Position numbers and translations under genes: made by a program. Positions 1-12,200 of a stretch of DNA of 64,000 nt are shown here, piece after piece. The first letter of the stretch is position 1, and each line of letters begins with the position of its first letter. The notes below the pieces were generated by a model. That model was not told where the DNA came from and did not search any database. It saw only the letters and a program-made list of their open reading frames with translations. Origin of the DNA: Podarcis gaigeae (taxonomy: Eukaryota); assembly GCA_964106915.2 (NCBI GenBank), contig OZ066919.1. One strand, written 5' to 3'.

Positions 1-182
1 GAGCACAAAGCTTGCACTATTTTCCACCATAGTTCCATAGGTGGCTTATGTGTGAAAATGCAAATATAATATGGAACTTAATAGTCATTAAAATGGAATG
101 AACCCCCATGTGAATGCAGCCTGTATTGCAAACGTTCCCCCCCCCCACTTTTTACCTCTTTAATGCCCTAAATGGCCTAGGC

Positions 183-433
183 CAGAGGTCGGTTTACCTT
201 GCCTGGGCTGAATCAGTCCTGCAGAGAGCCCTCCATGGGCTGGGTTCTCGCCTGCAATTTCCGGCATCTGCGTGTGCGCAGACATGATTTCCGGTGCTGC
301 AGAAGTGAGTCCCCACACCGCACTGCGCTGGTTTAGCACAGTGCTCCAGGACTCGCCAAGAGGGGAGCTCAGTTCTGGGGTGGCTCATGGGCCAGTTAAA
401 CAGCCAGTGTGGGCTGCACATTGCCGACCTCTG
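183..433. mobile_element. hAT-type MITE
   Basis: TIR CAGAGGTCGG/CCGACCTCTG with perfect 8-bp TSD GCCTAGGC (175-182, 434-441). Confidence 0.85.
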
Positions 434-1341
434 GCCTAGGCTCTTTGTACCTGAAAGAGCAGCTGTTCTCTGCATATTTCCCTCCATTGCTAAAGAGGGG
501 AAACGCTACTATGGCTTCCCTCTGTTTTTTTCATAGTTGAGTTTGATGGAGCAAAGTAGGTCTTGATGGTTCCACTGACTCTTAGAACTTAGCCCAGAGG
601 TATCTGTCCACCTCACAAGAATATCACATTCTTTTGGTTACTTGTCTAAGCCGACTGCTGAAAAAACTTTCCATGGTGTTGACTAGCTATATGGACTGTT
701 CTTGCTGAGTTATGATGCACTTATTTTGTAGTTTCATTGCTGCTTTTGTGCTGGGCTTTTTATTGCACAAAGTTTTGTGTATTAAACATTAGTTGCCCTC
801 CTATTTTTCTTAATGGTAATAAATTATCATCTCCTGGACACAGAGTGGTAATATATGTATGGAGTAAGGAGGAATATCCTATACCTTTTTAAAAGAAAGC
901 TATAGAATAAAAAGGTGTAGGGTACTGCCTGACTCAACACCTTTCTGTCTTGGATAGCAAGTATTAAACACAATCTTTTAAAAAGATACCCCTGCTGCAT
1001 CAATATATAATCTCGCGTAACACTATGTGTATGACATAACAGGGCTCCTGGGCTGACTTGCCTCAAAGCGGCATGACTTGTCCTTATGAGATCTCTTATG
1101 ATTCCCACAAGAATACATAAGGGAACATCATCTCAAAAGTTCAAACATTAATTGCAAAGTCAGGCAATCCTCCTTTTTTTCTGAAGCAGTTGAGTGGAAC
1201 TTAAGCAAATCCCAGCTTTCAATGAGACTAGTAGCATTTATGATGAACTTCATAATACCCGCAATGTAGCTTCATAATCTAACTTGAGTGGCGGTTGTAT
1301 GATGAATGGCTGCTATTTTCTCTTCCCTTCTTTTGTTACAG

Positions 1342-1562
1342 ACGGTATGGAACTCGTTGTTCTCGCTGCGGCAGGCATATCCATTCCACTGACTGGGTCC
1401 GAAGAGCTAAGGGAAATGTGTATCACCTGGCATGCTTTGCCTGCTTCTCCTGCAAAAGGCAGCTTTCCACAGGGGAGGAGTTTGCTTTGGTAGAAGAGAA
1501 AGTCCTCTGTAGGGTACATTATGACTGCATGTTGGATAATCTGAAACGAGAAGTTGAAAATG
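1342..1562 (+). CDS. LHX8: LHX8 coding exon (second LIM domain)
   Basis: ttacag|ACGG...AATG|gtaact; encodes [73 protein letters not shown] with LIM Cys/His spacing of the LHX6/LHX8 type. Confidence 0.96.
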
Positions 1563-1986
1563 GTAACTCTCCTTCTTGACGTTAGGTCCCTAGGCTGTAT
1601 TCCTTTTTTTGTTTGTTTGTTTCATGTGGAGGGAAAAACACACACACACCCCAGTAGGTTCTGGAAACCAGATTAACTTGATCATTTTCTCTGTAACTAA
1701 TGTATAAATGTAGCATGCATGCAATTGCATGAGGAGTTGGTCACCTGTAGTTTTCACCCTTGTTCTAAGGAGCATTTTACCTCTCCTCTGCTTTCCTCCA
1801 GTGTTTTTAATCTGTGGCATTGGCAAAGTAAAATTCTCCATGCCACTCAGGCCACTTCAGATTGCCATAATTGCTTGTAGGTGGATGCTAGCGGTGCTAT
1901 GTTTGCACTTCATTAAAAAAGGGGGGGCACCACTGTTGCTCCTGAAGATTGCAGATTTTTCAAAGCATGGTATCCCAAGTCCATTA

Positions 1987-2228
1987 CAGTGGTACCTTGG
2001 GTTACATACGCTTCAGGTTAAATATGCTTCAGGTTACAGACTCCACTAACCCAGAAATATTACCTCGGGTTAAGAACTTTGCTTCAGGATGAGAACAGAA
2101 ATTGTGCAGTGGCAGCATGGCAGCAGGAGGAGGCCCCATTAGCTAAAGTGGTGCTTTAGGTTAAGAACAGTTTCAGGTTAAGAATGGACCTCCGGAACGA
2201 ATTAAGTACGTAACCAGAGGTACCACTG
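1987..2228. mobile_element. Tc1/mariner (Tigger/pogo-like) MITE
   Basis: About 23-bp imperfect TIRs starting CAGTGGTACCT, TA on both sides. Confidence 0.88.
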
Positions 2229-3140
2229 TACATGTTTGTCCTTCCCAAACAATGTAGTTCCATTTGATCCACAGTTGCGAAGAAGTGGTGTAGTAAACAT
2301 TTCTTATTGGGCGGATAGAGTTACACTGTAATTGAAAACCACTTTGTAAACGGTTTTGGGGGTGGGAGTTGGATTGTCTATAGTTTTCCCATACTCTCCT
2401 CAGAACCATCTCTCCCACTCAGTGTGCTAGTTGGAGGAAGGGGCCAGCAGCAAGATCTCTATTGGTGGCAGACTGTGGAGAGCTCCATAATGGAGTGTTA
2501 CTGGGTTGGGGAAGGGCTGGGTTCACCCTGGATCTGCTGGACCCTGAGCCAACTCCACTACCATCACATGATGGCTCAATTGATGCACCAGCTCTGCCAT
2601 AGCAACTTTCATGCTCCCTCTTCCCATTCCAGACCAGCAAGTGTGAATTGCTGGTGACTCTGCTTCTCCTTTTAAGCTCTACTGCTCCCCACTTGGGATT
2701 TGGATTGTAGTTTAAATGATCTGAATTTAGCCCTTGACAAGAACTATAAGGAGCTTGATTTTTTTTTTTTTAATGTCCATAGCATTTAGCATTCTTTCTC
2801 TCTACTCGATTCAGAATAAAACTGGTTTTTAATCAAGGCCATGTCATATTCCTGTTTGGTGGTTCATGGATTCTCTTCCTACACCTCCCCCCCCCCCCAA
2901 ATAAAAATGAAGGCCTGCGCTTGCAGCCAGGACCCTGATCTGAAACATGCTTAAAAAATGGAATACCAAATCTGGTACAAACTCAAGATAATTATGTAGA
3001 GTTGCAAAATAATGAAAAATTGATAATTCCATATTCAAGTATATCCTTAATACAAGAAGTCCATTCTAGCGTAATGTCTGTAACTAATGACTGGTGTTGG
3101 TACTGTCAAAACTTCGACTTTGTCTTCTTTTTAATTTCAG

Positions 3141-3244
3141 GTAATGGTATCAGTATGGAAGGTGCGTTGCTAACAGAACAAGACATTAATCACCCAAAAC
3201 CAGCAAAAAGGGCGCGGACCAGTTTCACAGCAGATCAGCTTCAG
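3141..3244 (+). CDS. LHX8: LHX8 coding exon (linker and homeodomain start)
   Basis: tttcag|GTAATG...CTTCAG|gtagag; [35 protein letters not shown]; phase matches previous exon. Confidence 0.96.
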
Positions 3245-4809
3245 GTAGAGCCCTGGCATGGTACAATGCCTCTAATGAAAGACAGCTGTGGGTTGTTGGT
3301 GTGGGGTGGGAGGGGGGAGTATAATGACTTTATGCTCTGTATCACTTAATAATTATATTAAATATAGCTGGTTATGAAGAAATTCTCTCCACTGCAGATA
3401 TTTCTCCTGGTGTCAAGGGCACAGCATGTTTCTGGAATATTCTTGCAAGTGTTAGCTGTTGTTCCATGTGAAATAGTTACTCTTCAGCGTTTCTGTTTCC
3501 CAGAAGGCAGCTGGTAATTCTGTAAAGTGGAAATGTAAATGCTGATCTGTTTTGACTACTTGATGAAATTCATTAAACCAGACATTTCCATCACTACACA
3601 TAATTATAATAGGAGACTAAATAGTTTCAGTTCTGTGTAACATGAAGAGAAGTACTAGAAAATGTGCAGAATATAACTTTACAGGAAACAGATATTTTCA
3701 GTGTCTTGCATTTCACCATAGCTGCCAAACCCAAGTGGCAATCAAAACCATGGCTCTTCAGCACAGGCATCACTGTCAAGTTCAGATAAGCAGAGGCTGA
3801 AGCTTAGCAATGGTGGGGTCAGTATGAACTTTGCAAAACTGATGTCTTTGTGCTCTTGGGGGGGGGGGGGGGATTGCATTGCAACAATGTCAATAGAAAA
3901 GGAACCTGTTCACATTCTCCTATGCTACCCCTGAGGTCCGTTAACTACTTTTGTTCTGTGGTAGATAAACTTGCAGTTCCTTATCACAACCACTCTAGCA
4001 CCTGCCTATTTCCACTTTCTGCTTTATAATTCATTCTTGTTCAGTAGCTTAGTACCTTTGCTGCCATATAAGCATAAATAAATCCCATGCACATTGAATC
4101 TTAAGTTACCCCTTTTAAGGCAAAATGCCAACTTCCACATTGCTTTACAATCTCTTAAAATTAAAAGCAGTCTAATAAAACAGGATTAGGTACATTTCTA
4201 TTGATAAAAAACAATTAGAAAGCAAAAATTGAACAGAAAAAGGGGGAAATTAATCTAAAGTTTGCTGACATAAAAGTTTTCAGTTCCTATTCAAAATATT
4301 TATTTCTGGTGTACTGGTATTTCTGGTATTACTTACATATGTGGGAAATAACCTAGTTTTGGATCCTAACATCCACATTATTATGTGTACATAAAAGTGG
4401 CTGTTTAAGTTTTTAGGTGAGAAGCAATGGCCTGTCTGTTCAGAATGTTAAAATTGCCTTCCATATAGTCCTAGACGTGTCCACTTAGATGTAAGCCCAC
4501 TGAGTTCTGTGAGGCTTACTGACATGTAAACAGGCATAAGACTGCAGCCTTAATGTTGCAACAGGTAGTGCAATGGATACACAGGAAGCTCCATATGTAC
4601 AGCAGAGCTTTTAGCCCTCAAAACAGCTTTTCCCTCACCTCTACCAGCATCTATTAAATAATACCACAGGAGCTTCAGACGCAGTATTTGAAGTTTTGCT
4701 CAGGCGATACGACATAGGTTCGCTTCAGCAGATTCAGGAAAGCACTTGCATGTGCATAAACAGGTGTTTTGATCTGAGCCATAGGACTATTTATGCACTG
4801 AGTCTAGTT

Positions 4810-5025
4810 CAGGGGTCAGCAAACTTTTTCAGCAGGGGGCCGGTCCACTGTTCCTCAGACCTTGTGGGGGGCTGGACTATATTGGGAGGGGGAGAATGAA
4901 TTCCTATGCCCCACAAATAACCCAGAGATGCATTTTAAATAAATGGACACATTCTACTCATGTAAAAACATGCTGATTCCAGGACCGTCCACGGGCCGGA
5001 TCTGGCCTTAGTTTGCCTACCCATG
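4810..5025. mobile_element. hAT-type MITE
   Basis: Ends CAGGGGTCAGCAAACT / AGTTTGCCTACCCATG; degenerate 8-bp TSD GTCTAGTT / GTTTAGGT. Confidence 0.75.
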
Positions 5026-6441
5026 GTTTAGGTCTTCTACTTTTAAAGTTGTAAACAGCACCTCTTTTTTTCCACATCTAAAAATACCAAATAATATTTA
5101 GGTAGCAAACATTTAATTGCCTTACACACATGTAATACTTTTTAATTTGGAGTTATTATTTGACAATTTTCTCAAAGGACTGCAGTGGTTAATGGAATTG
5201 ACAAGAATCTCATTTCCTTGCCCTTTATAGCAGTAGGAATATTTTATGCATGAAAATTCACTCATGTAGCTCTGGGTTCAGCCCATTTTGTTGCATCTAG
5301 TGATGTTCATCCCACTGTGCAACAGATTTCTGTTCTTATAACAGGCTTCCCTTTTTTCACTCACCCTGTAGCTCTCTGCACCACCTCAAATATTTGTAGT
5401 GTCCCCCAACTCTCTGGAGCAGATTTTGGGACACAGGGAAGGAAAGGAAGGGGAAGTCCAGTTACAATATTGACCATTTGAGTTTATATAAGTCATAACT
5501 TTGGGGTACTGATATCAACAACTGAATATTCAGTTGACTTGTCTACCCAACCATCAGTAACTCCAGTAGTTTACAGCTAGGTGTAGAAGTATCTTGACTC
5601 AATTAAACTTCAGTTCTTCGACACCAAAATGGCCATGAGGTTTTCATTCAAAAAATGTAAAGTAATGGCCCTTTATCTCTTTTATAATCATCAGAAAGGG
5701 CTTATGGCATACTATAGTTTGTCTGTGTGTCCCTGAACTATCAGTTCAGAACTAGAGATCAAATTAACAATAATATACACTAATCAAAACTCCACTTTCA
5801 ACTTGAATAAGCTCCTGAAAGAAGTAGGGAAGAGTAAAAGCTAATTTTCAAAAATCATTTCACGGTAGGATTCACACAGTACACTTTTGGGCATGGTAAC
5901 TTCACCAGGAGGTTACGTTTAACCATGCCCTGTGGTGTATATGTGCTATGAATGCGCCTTGCCTTTGCAAAAATTACTATAGCCATTTCTAATTTCTTCC
6001 GTGTTCTGTTTCATACTAACATTGTTCATATTTGCAAACATTTTGTAAAGGAGGCCCTGATAGGGCAACAACTAGTTCTTGCCACATGAAGGTGCATTTT
6101 TGTAATACAAGTGTCACATAAAATGGATATGATCTGATTGAATAATGATGATGTCGTCACATGAAACCAGCTCTCAGTAACAAATAAGCTGGAATCTTGC
6201 TTTGATTTTTTTCTTTCTTTCACGTAATGTTGTATTCTAGTGCTGGAGCTAATCTGGTCATTGGGTTAGCTTAGCCTGCCTTGATGTGGTTTAGAAGTCT
6301 TTTATGTGGACAATGCACTCCTCAAAACTGCTGTTGGAGGTTGGAGCTATATGACTGCATCTTGTTACTTATGCAGTCTGGCTAGTACATTAAAAAAAAA
6401 TTACAGTTTAAAAATAAAAAAATACTTCTTGCATTTTCCAG

Positions 6442-6537
6442 GTAATGCAAGCACAGTTTGCTCAGGACAACAATCCAGATGCACAAACACTCCAAAAACT
6501 GGCAGAAAGAACAGGCTTGAGCAGGCGTGTGATACAG
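6442..6537 (+). CDS. LHX8: LHX8 coding exon (homeodomain helices 1-2)
   Basis: ttccag|GTAATG...ATACAG|gtaact; 96 nt; [32 protein letters not shown]. Confidence 0.96.
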
Positions 6538-7070
6538 GTAACTGTACTGCAGTTACTTCACAAGTACTGTGAGCAGAGCTTCTCAGCAGCATAAAGCTCC
6601 AAAGAACAGTTTTTCTATTGATCAGTATTCCTTAGCTAGAGTAGACCTTGTGTGATGTCTTTTACAGCAGTCCTGAAACATTGATTTTGTTTTGTTGTTT
6701 CTTTAGGAAGAAAATGCACATCTAATGTCTTCCATCACATACTTTCACATTGCTGAAGGAACATAATTTAGGGTTGTCTTGCATGTGCCAGCAGCAATGT
6801 GAGTGATTAGTGACCCGTGGTGAACACTGACACCAGGAGCCCATGTTAGAAGCTCCCCCAACTTGTTGGTTGTACTAAAGTTCGATGTATCTTATTTTTA
6901 ATTTGGGTCTACCTGGCCTCAGTAAAGAGCACACACAGGGAAAAAGTTGCACTGGCATTTATATGGAAGAGGCCCTCAATGGTTTTAAATACTTTGTTTC
7001 TTTGATGTAGTTAAATGCCAGATAACGAATATGATGTGCATCTTTTTGTGTCTTTCCATTTTGTGCCTAG

Positions 7071-7254
7071 GTGTGGTTTCAAAACTGCAGAGCACGCCAC
7101 AAGAAACACGTTAGCCCCAATCACTCTTCGTCTACTCCTATTACAACAGTCCAGCCTTCCAGGCTTTCTCCACCAATGTTAGAAGAAATGGGCTACTCGG
7201 CCTATGTACCCCAGGATGCGACAATGCTAAATGCTCTGCATAATTTCATGGATG
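7071..7254 (+). CDS. LHX8: LHX8 coding exon (recognition helix and C-terminal region)
   Basis: cctag|GTGTGG...GATG|gtaggt; VWFQNCRARHKKHVSPNHSS...ALHNFMD. Confidence 0.96.
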
Positions 7255-8683
7255 GTAGGTACAGTAGCATGCGATAATTACTTCATAGACTTGAGAGAAG
7301 AAAATGTGAAATGCACCCTTTTGCTCAGGGTTGGGCACCATGCAACCCACAGGCAGCCAGAAAAAAGACACTCATTCTTGTGTCTGGTATTCTTGGCAAA
7401 TTCTTGTACTGTTTTTCTGTGTTTGATTGGAATATTTTGTATATTTTATCGTTTATATTGTTTGCCACCTTCTGAGACTTTTTCTAAAAGGCAGGATAGA
7501 AAATTGTTAGATGACAAATGCATTCTAGCTTTTCAGGTTGTTGTCCCTAGTACTCTGCTGCAGAGAGAGGTTGATAAAAAAATATTTTGCTTGGAAAGCA
7601 AGCAAAAACTCTCCATATATTCTCTGTGCTCATGATAGCATATAGCCCATAAGTCAGGATGTCAAAGCTGTTGGTTTTGCTTCCGTGTGTGCAGACGTAC
7701 ACCATACCTTTTTTGTTTTGTTTGGCAAGTTCTGGTCCCTAGTTTGGGGAAATAAGTGATAGCCTTGCATAAGCTTAGGCCTTTTGCGTGTTACGGCTTT
7801 TTTTTTTTTTTTTTTTGACCATGCCTTTGAAACTGACAATATCTCGGGCTCTTTATTGTAGCAGAGGATCTCTGAATAATGACCCACAGATCTTTCCTCC
7901 CCAAATTACATTTTCATGCTCACCTTTTTACATTTAAAAATGTTCACACTTCTTTTTTTTTTTATTAAAAAAATGCATGTTCTTATGGACTTCTGTACGG
8001 GAATGCTGTATTCAAAACTTTATGGGGGAAAAATACTCATTATATAGCACTTAAAGTTCACCACAATTCTGTTATCCTGCATACACAAAAGGTTTATGTC
8101 AAGCTAGAACCTTTTCCTTAAATCGAAAGGAAGAAGGCCTAATTAGACAGAGTTTAAATAGCTTTCATCTTTCAAATAAGGCTTTATTGTAAAGGGCTTC
8201 ATATTATAATAAAGCAAGCCTCATGACATCTTAAATGCTATGAAATCTTTAGCGAGCCATAAGCTTTAGGGAGCTGCAGATGCATCTGAAAAGTATTGTA
8301 GTTCACAATAGCTTGTGCCGTAATGAAATTTGTGGCTCTTTAAGATACCACACAATTTTGTTGTCGTTTTGCTGCAATGGGCCCATTTTATGCATAGTTT
8401 TGAACTGTATTCAGTGGGACTAGGCATTTTTGTAATAAGATACCTTCCTCACAAACTGCAAAGTTGTATGTATAAAAGAGTTCATCTGGTAACAGGCACT
8501 GCCCAGGGTATAAAGACATGGGAGGGGAACTGTCATTCTAGAAAGGAGCGCTAGTACCAGCAGGTGAAATGGGTGCTGCTTGCTGGTATCCCAGCCATAT
8601 CAGTGCCGTTGGGTTTGTACTCACAAGTAATATTTTTTTATACTTCTAGTTAGGCTGACCAGCAAATCTTTCTATTTTTGTAG

Positions 8684-8760
8684 CTCATTCACCTTCTGCT
8701 CTTGGACTCCAGCCTTTGCTACCCCATTCAATGACACAACTGCCGATAAGTCACAGTTAA
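8684..8760 (+). CDS. LHX8: LHX8 last coding exon
   Basis: tttgtag|CTCATTCA...TAA; AHSPSALGLQPLLPHSMTQLPISHS*, matching the LHX8 C-terminus as I recall it; synteny with SLC44A5 supports LHX8 over LHX6. Confidence 0.93.
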
Positions 8761-9230
8761 CTCATTTATTTCAGGGACATGAGACTAAAGAGGTACCCCT
8801 GAGATACCCACTGTACTTGTATTCAGTTTAAACTTTAAATGACATCCAAAGCATTTTGAAGACGATTTTGTTGCCCAGGTATGTAAGTATAGTTGGCCTG
8901 CAAGACACTTTTATGGCTTTCTCCATAAATATGTTTACAAGACTTATTAAAGAGAAACACCTTTTTTTGTATTGTCTGGAAGTAGTCCATTCTAGCTATG
9001 TGTTTGTTTAATTTATTTATCATCAAAAGAGCACTTTGCTAAAAGACAGGACTGACAGTTGTGCAAAATGTTTACAATTCTTTGTGAAATTGTAGTTCAT
9101 CATTAGTTTGTATCTGTAAGTTATTGCTATTAAAGTATTACTTGTATTTGAGTTACATGCAGCCTATACTTTGAAGATTATGTCCATGAGCTGGCAAAAG
9201 TTCAGTTGCCAGAATTCTCTAAATGACCTA

Positions 9231-9236
9231 AATAAA
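9231..9236 (+). terminator. Candidate LHX8 polyadenylation signal
   Basis: AATAAA about 470 nt after the stop in an AT-rich 3'UTR-like stretch; alternative ATTAAA at 9129-9134. Confidence 0.5.
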
Positions 9237-12200
9237 ACCTTCTGTTGTAGCATGACTAGCAAACATATTATTGCGTTAATGGTATAATCTTGAGTATTTT
9301 ACAATGGACAGCCTGATTCTATTAGTTGAACTTGTAAGGAAAGACACAGTAAGTGCTCTAAGTACATAAATATTTAATGAATTGGCAGCCTTCTCTGAAC
9401 TGGTAGATGTGACATCCGACATGAAGTTACTTAACTATAAATGGTATTGAAATGTCAATGATACCCTTTATAACCTAGAGAACAGCTAACTGTGGCTACT
9501 TTAATATGTTTTGTTCATTTCACCCTGTTGGTTTGGATTCTTACAAAATATATGTCATGCTACACAATTTCCACAATGTCTTGTGTACTATGTTAAAAAG
9601 GCCAGGGCAGTCTTTAAACAGCCAGAGTGCAAAAGCTTGAACTTTGTTACAGTTTCATGCATATAGGTACATGTACGTACATCCATGTCTCTTCTTACTG
9701 TGAAAGATTAGAGGCTTACATCATATTTAAATACAATTATTAATTGTATCTAGTCAAGGGGGAGATATATACACTTGTTTATGTGAACAATGTGACTGAA
9801 ACTAGTAGCCTCCAATCACTCTTGTCTTGGTGCTGTGTATATTTGCTGTGGCAAATTGTACATTTTTGGTTTTCCAAAACCTAAAAATGACAGGTGGAAG
9901 TGTCAGTGCCTGTGGTACACTGAGCCATGTTTGCCAATAGACAAGCTAGATACTACCTAGGGCTTCATTCTTTTAGGACCCTTGGCATCACTGAAGAGGA
10001 AAAGCCCTCTCCTAAGACATGCATGAACCATCTAAAACCACTTGTGCTTCTTGCTTCACAATTATGAGGATATCAATACATTGGCAGCTAAGTCTTCCAT
10101 AAACGAATCATGGAGGAATTCTCCTCTCCCCCCCCCCCCAGCAATTCCTCCTGCCTAAGCACCATATATCTGCTTCAGAAGGTTGAGAACCCTCCATAGC
10201 AGATTTACATTTTCAGTGTAAATTTCTATGCATTGCAGTGTTCTATTACTGAACTGCATTTGGACATGGGTCTTTTCTACCATAATTATGAACATTTGAA
10301 ATCTGCAGATTTCAAAGTTTGAATTTTGGAGCACTTTTGAAACGGTTCTTACCTTTGTTTTAGTATGTGAAAGTGGGAGAGCACAGCCATATATGTGCTC
10401 GTGTCAGTTCTTCAATGACTAGAAGAAGCTGCTGGAAATTGCAGCAAGCCAGAGTAGCTTGCTCTCTTCCCTGCCTCTTGGTGAGGATTCAGCTTCTTGT
10501 GCTGGATCAGTGGTAGTGCTAAGGGAAGAATTGCTTCAGCTTCTACAGCAGGAGCTATACTCCATACTACTACAACCTCCTGGAGCACTTTCAAAGCAAC
10601 CTTCACTGGTGGTAAGTTCTCATATTTAGGACACTCTTTGTGTGCAAATGTTTCAAAGCAAAGGTAGGTCTTGGTTCGAGCAGCTTGCAACATCTGAGCA
10701 GTTGGAGCCAACTTCAAGTCATGCAGCAGATGCTTCATTCCTCAGATTGTAACTGTATAATGGCACCCTACATAAAACAGCTGTGCTAAAATTACTTCCA
10801 AGGAGAGTAAGTTTCAGTATAAATTTTGTAAGTGTTGCAACTGTGAAACTTGGACACACACTATTTTTGAGACTTCCTTTGTGTGTATTGGTTGTACTTG
10901 TTGAATTTTCACAAATGTTGAATGGCATCCAGTGGTTGTCTGAGCCAAGGGCACCTTGGGCAGCCAACCTTCCTCTTTCTGTGTTCTCTCTGAATCTTAT
11001 GCATCACCAAAAAGCTTATTCAGGATCGTCCCAGCCCTCTGGACAATGTGGGTTGTGTCATACAAGGCTGCAATGGAAGAAGAAAGTCACCTGAAATCTG
11101 GCAGAGCAATGGCTTGCCACTTCCCTCTGATGCAACTAGTTGTTGGCCTAAAACCCATCCATGTAAGGTAGCCATCTTGGATTTGACTTCTTCCGGCTTA
11201 GTGGTTCTTTAAAAAGAAACAAAACTGAGGACATCATGGAGATTGTACTTCTAGGTACTTTGATTCTCCCAGTCCTCAAAAACCTATTTTTTTAAATGAA
11301 AACATATGCCACAATTTTATAAAACGTCTGTACAATTTTTAAGCAATAAAACATGAAAAAAACTTTTAAAACAGTGCAAAGGGTGATACCTAAATATCTG
11401 CATGTATTCTGAAATACATAAGTTTGCTGTCTTTCAGCATGATTTCTTTTTTAAGTTTGAGCCCTGTCTAACTGATACTCATGATCCCATAATTGAAGCA
11501 GCCTTTGCATGTATTTGTCAGAGTATAATCTGACTTTTGAGAGTACAGCTTCAACAGGGCTCATGTGCAGGAACAAAAATGCTGGAAAATGCCTAAATTT
11601 ATTCCTTAAAAAAAAGAGGAAATGATTAGTTGTTAGAAACATGCGTAACAGGTGTTTTTCAAACTATTAGATGCTATCACACTGCTTTAGCAAGTTTTGT
11701 AAGAAAGTATGTATGTAATGGTACCCAGAAACCACCCATTCCTAGAAAATGATTTGCAGTTTTAGTCCAATAGATCTGGTTCTAATAATTACAGATGCTA
11801 TAATGGCTTGTAAGTAACCTTGCAAGCAAATATTGATTTAGAACCTGGTCTTAAGAGCACATTTCTCTCATTCCATCCCATGTTTTAGAATTGTTCTGTG
11901 GTTGCTGCATACCATTATTTTACCCTGCCTTTCTCTATAATCGTGCGATGAAGTGTGCGTGGGTAACCAACTGAGACTTCAGATTTCACGTAGAGAAGTT
12001 AGATTTGGTCTGACTTTCATCATATATTTCCATTCAGAGTTCATTATTCTGGTTCCTGGCCAACCAGCATCAACTAATCCCTCTTGCTGTTACATGTATG
12101 TCACACTTGGTCATAATTTAGGCAAACTGAGTAGTCAGGGGAGAAAAAACACAACTTCCCATAGGCTAAATTAGCAATGCTCTCACGCTATGCACCTCCA

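Noticed and set aside
1342-8760. LHX6 as the identity of the LIM-homeobox gene
   Set aside because: The C-terminus (LLPHSMTQLPISH) and the SLC44A5 neighbour fit LHX8.
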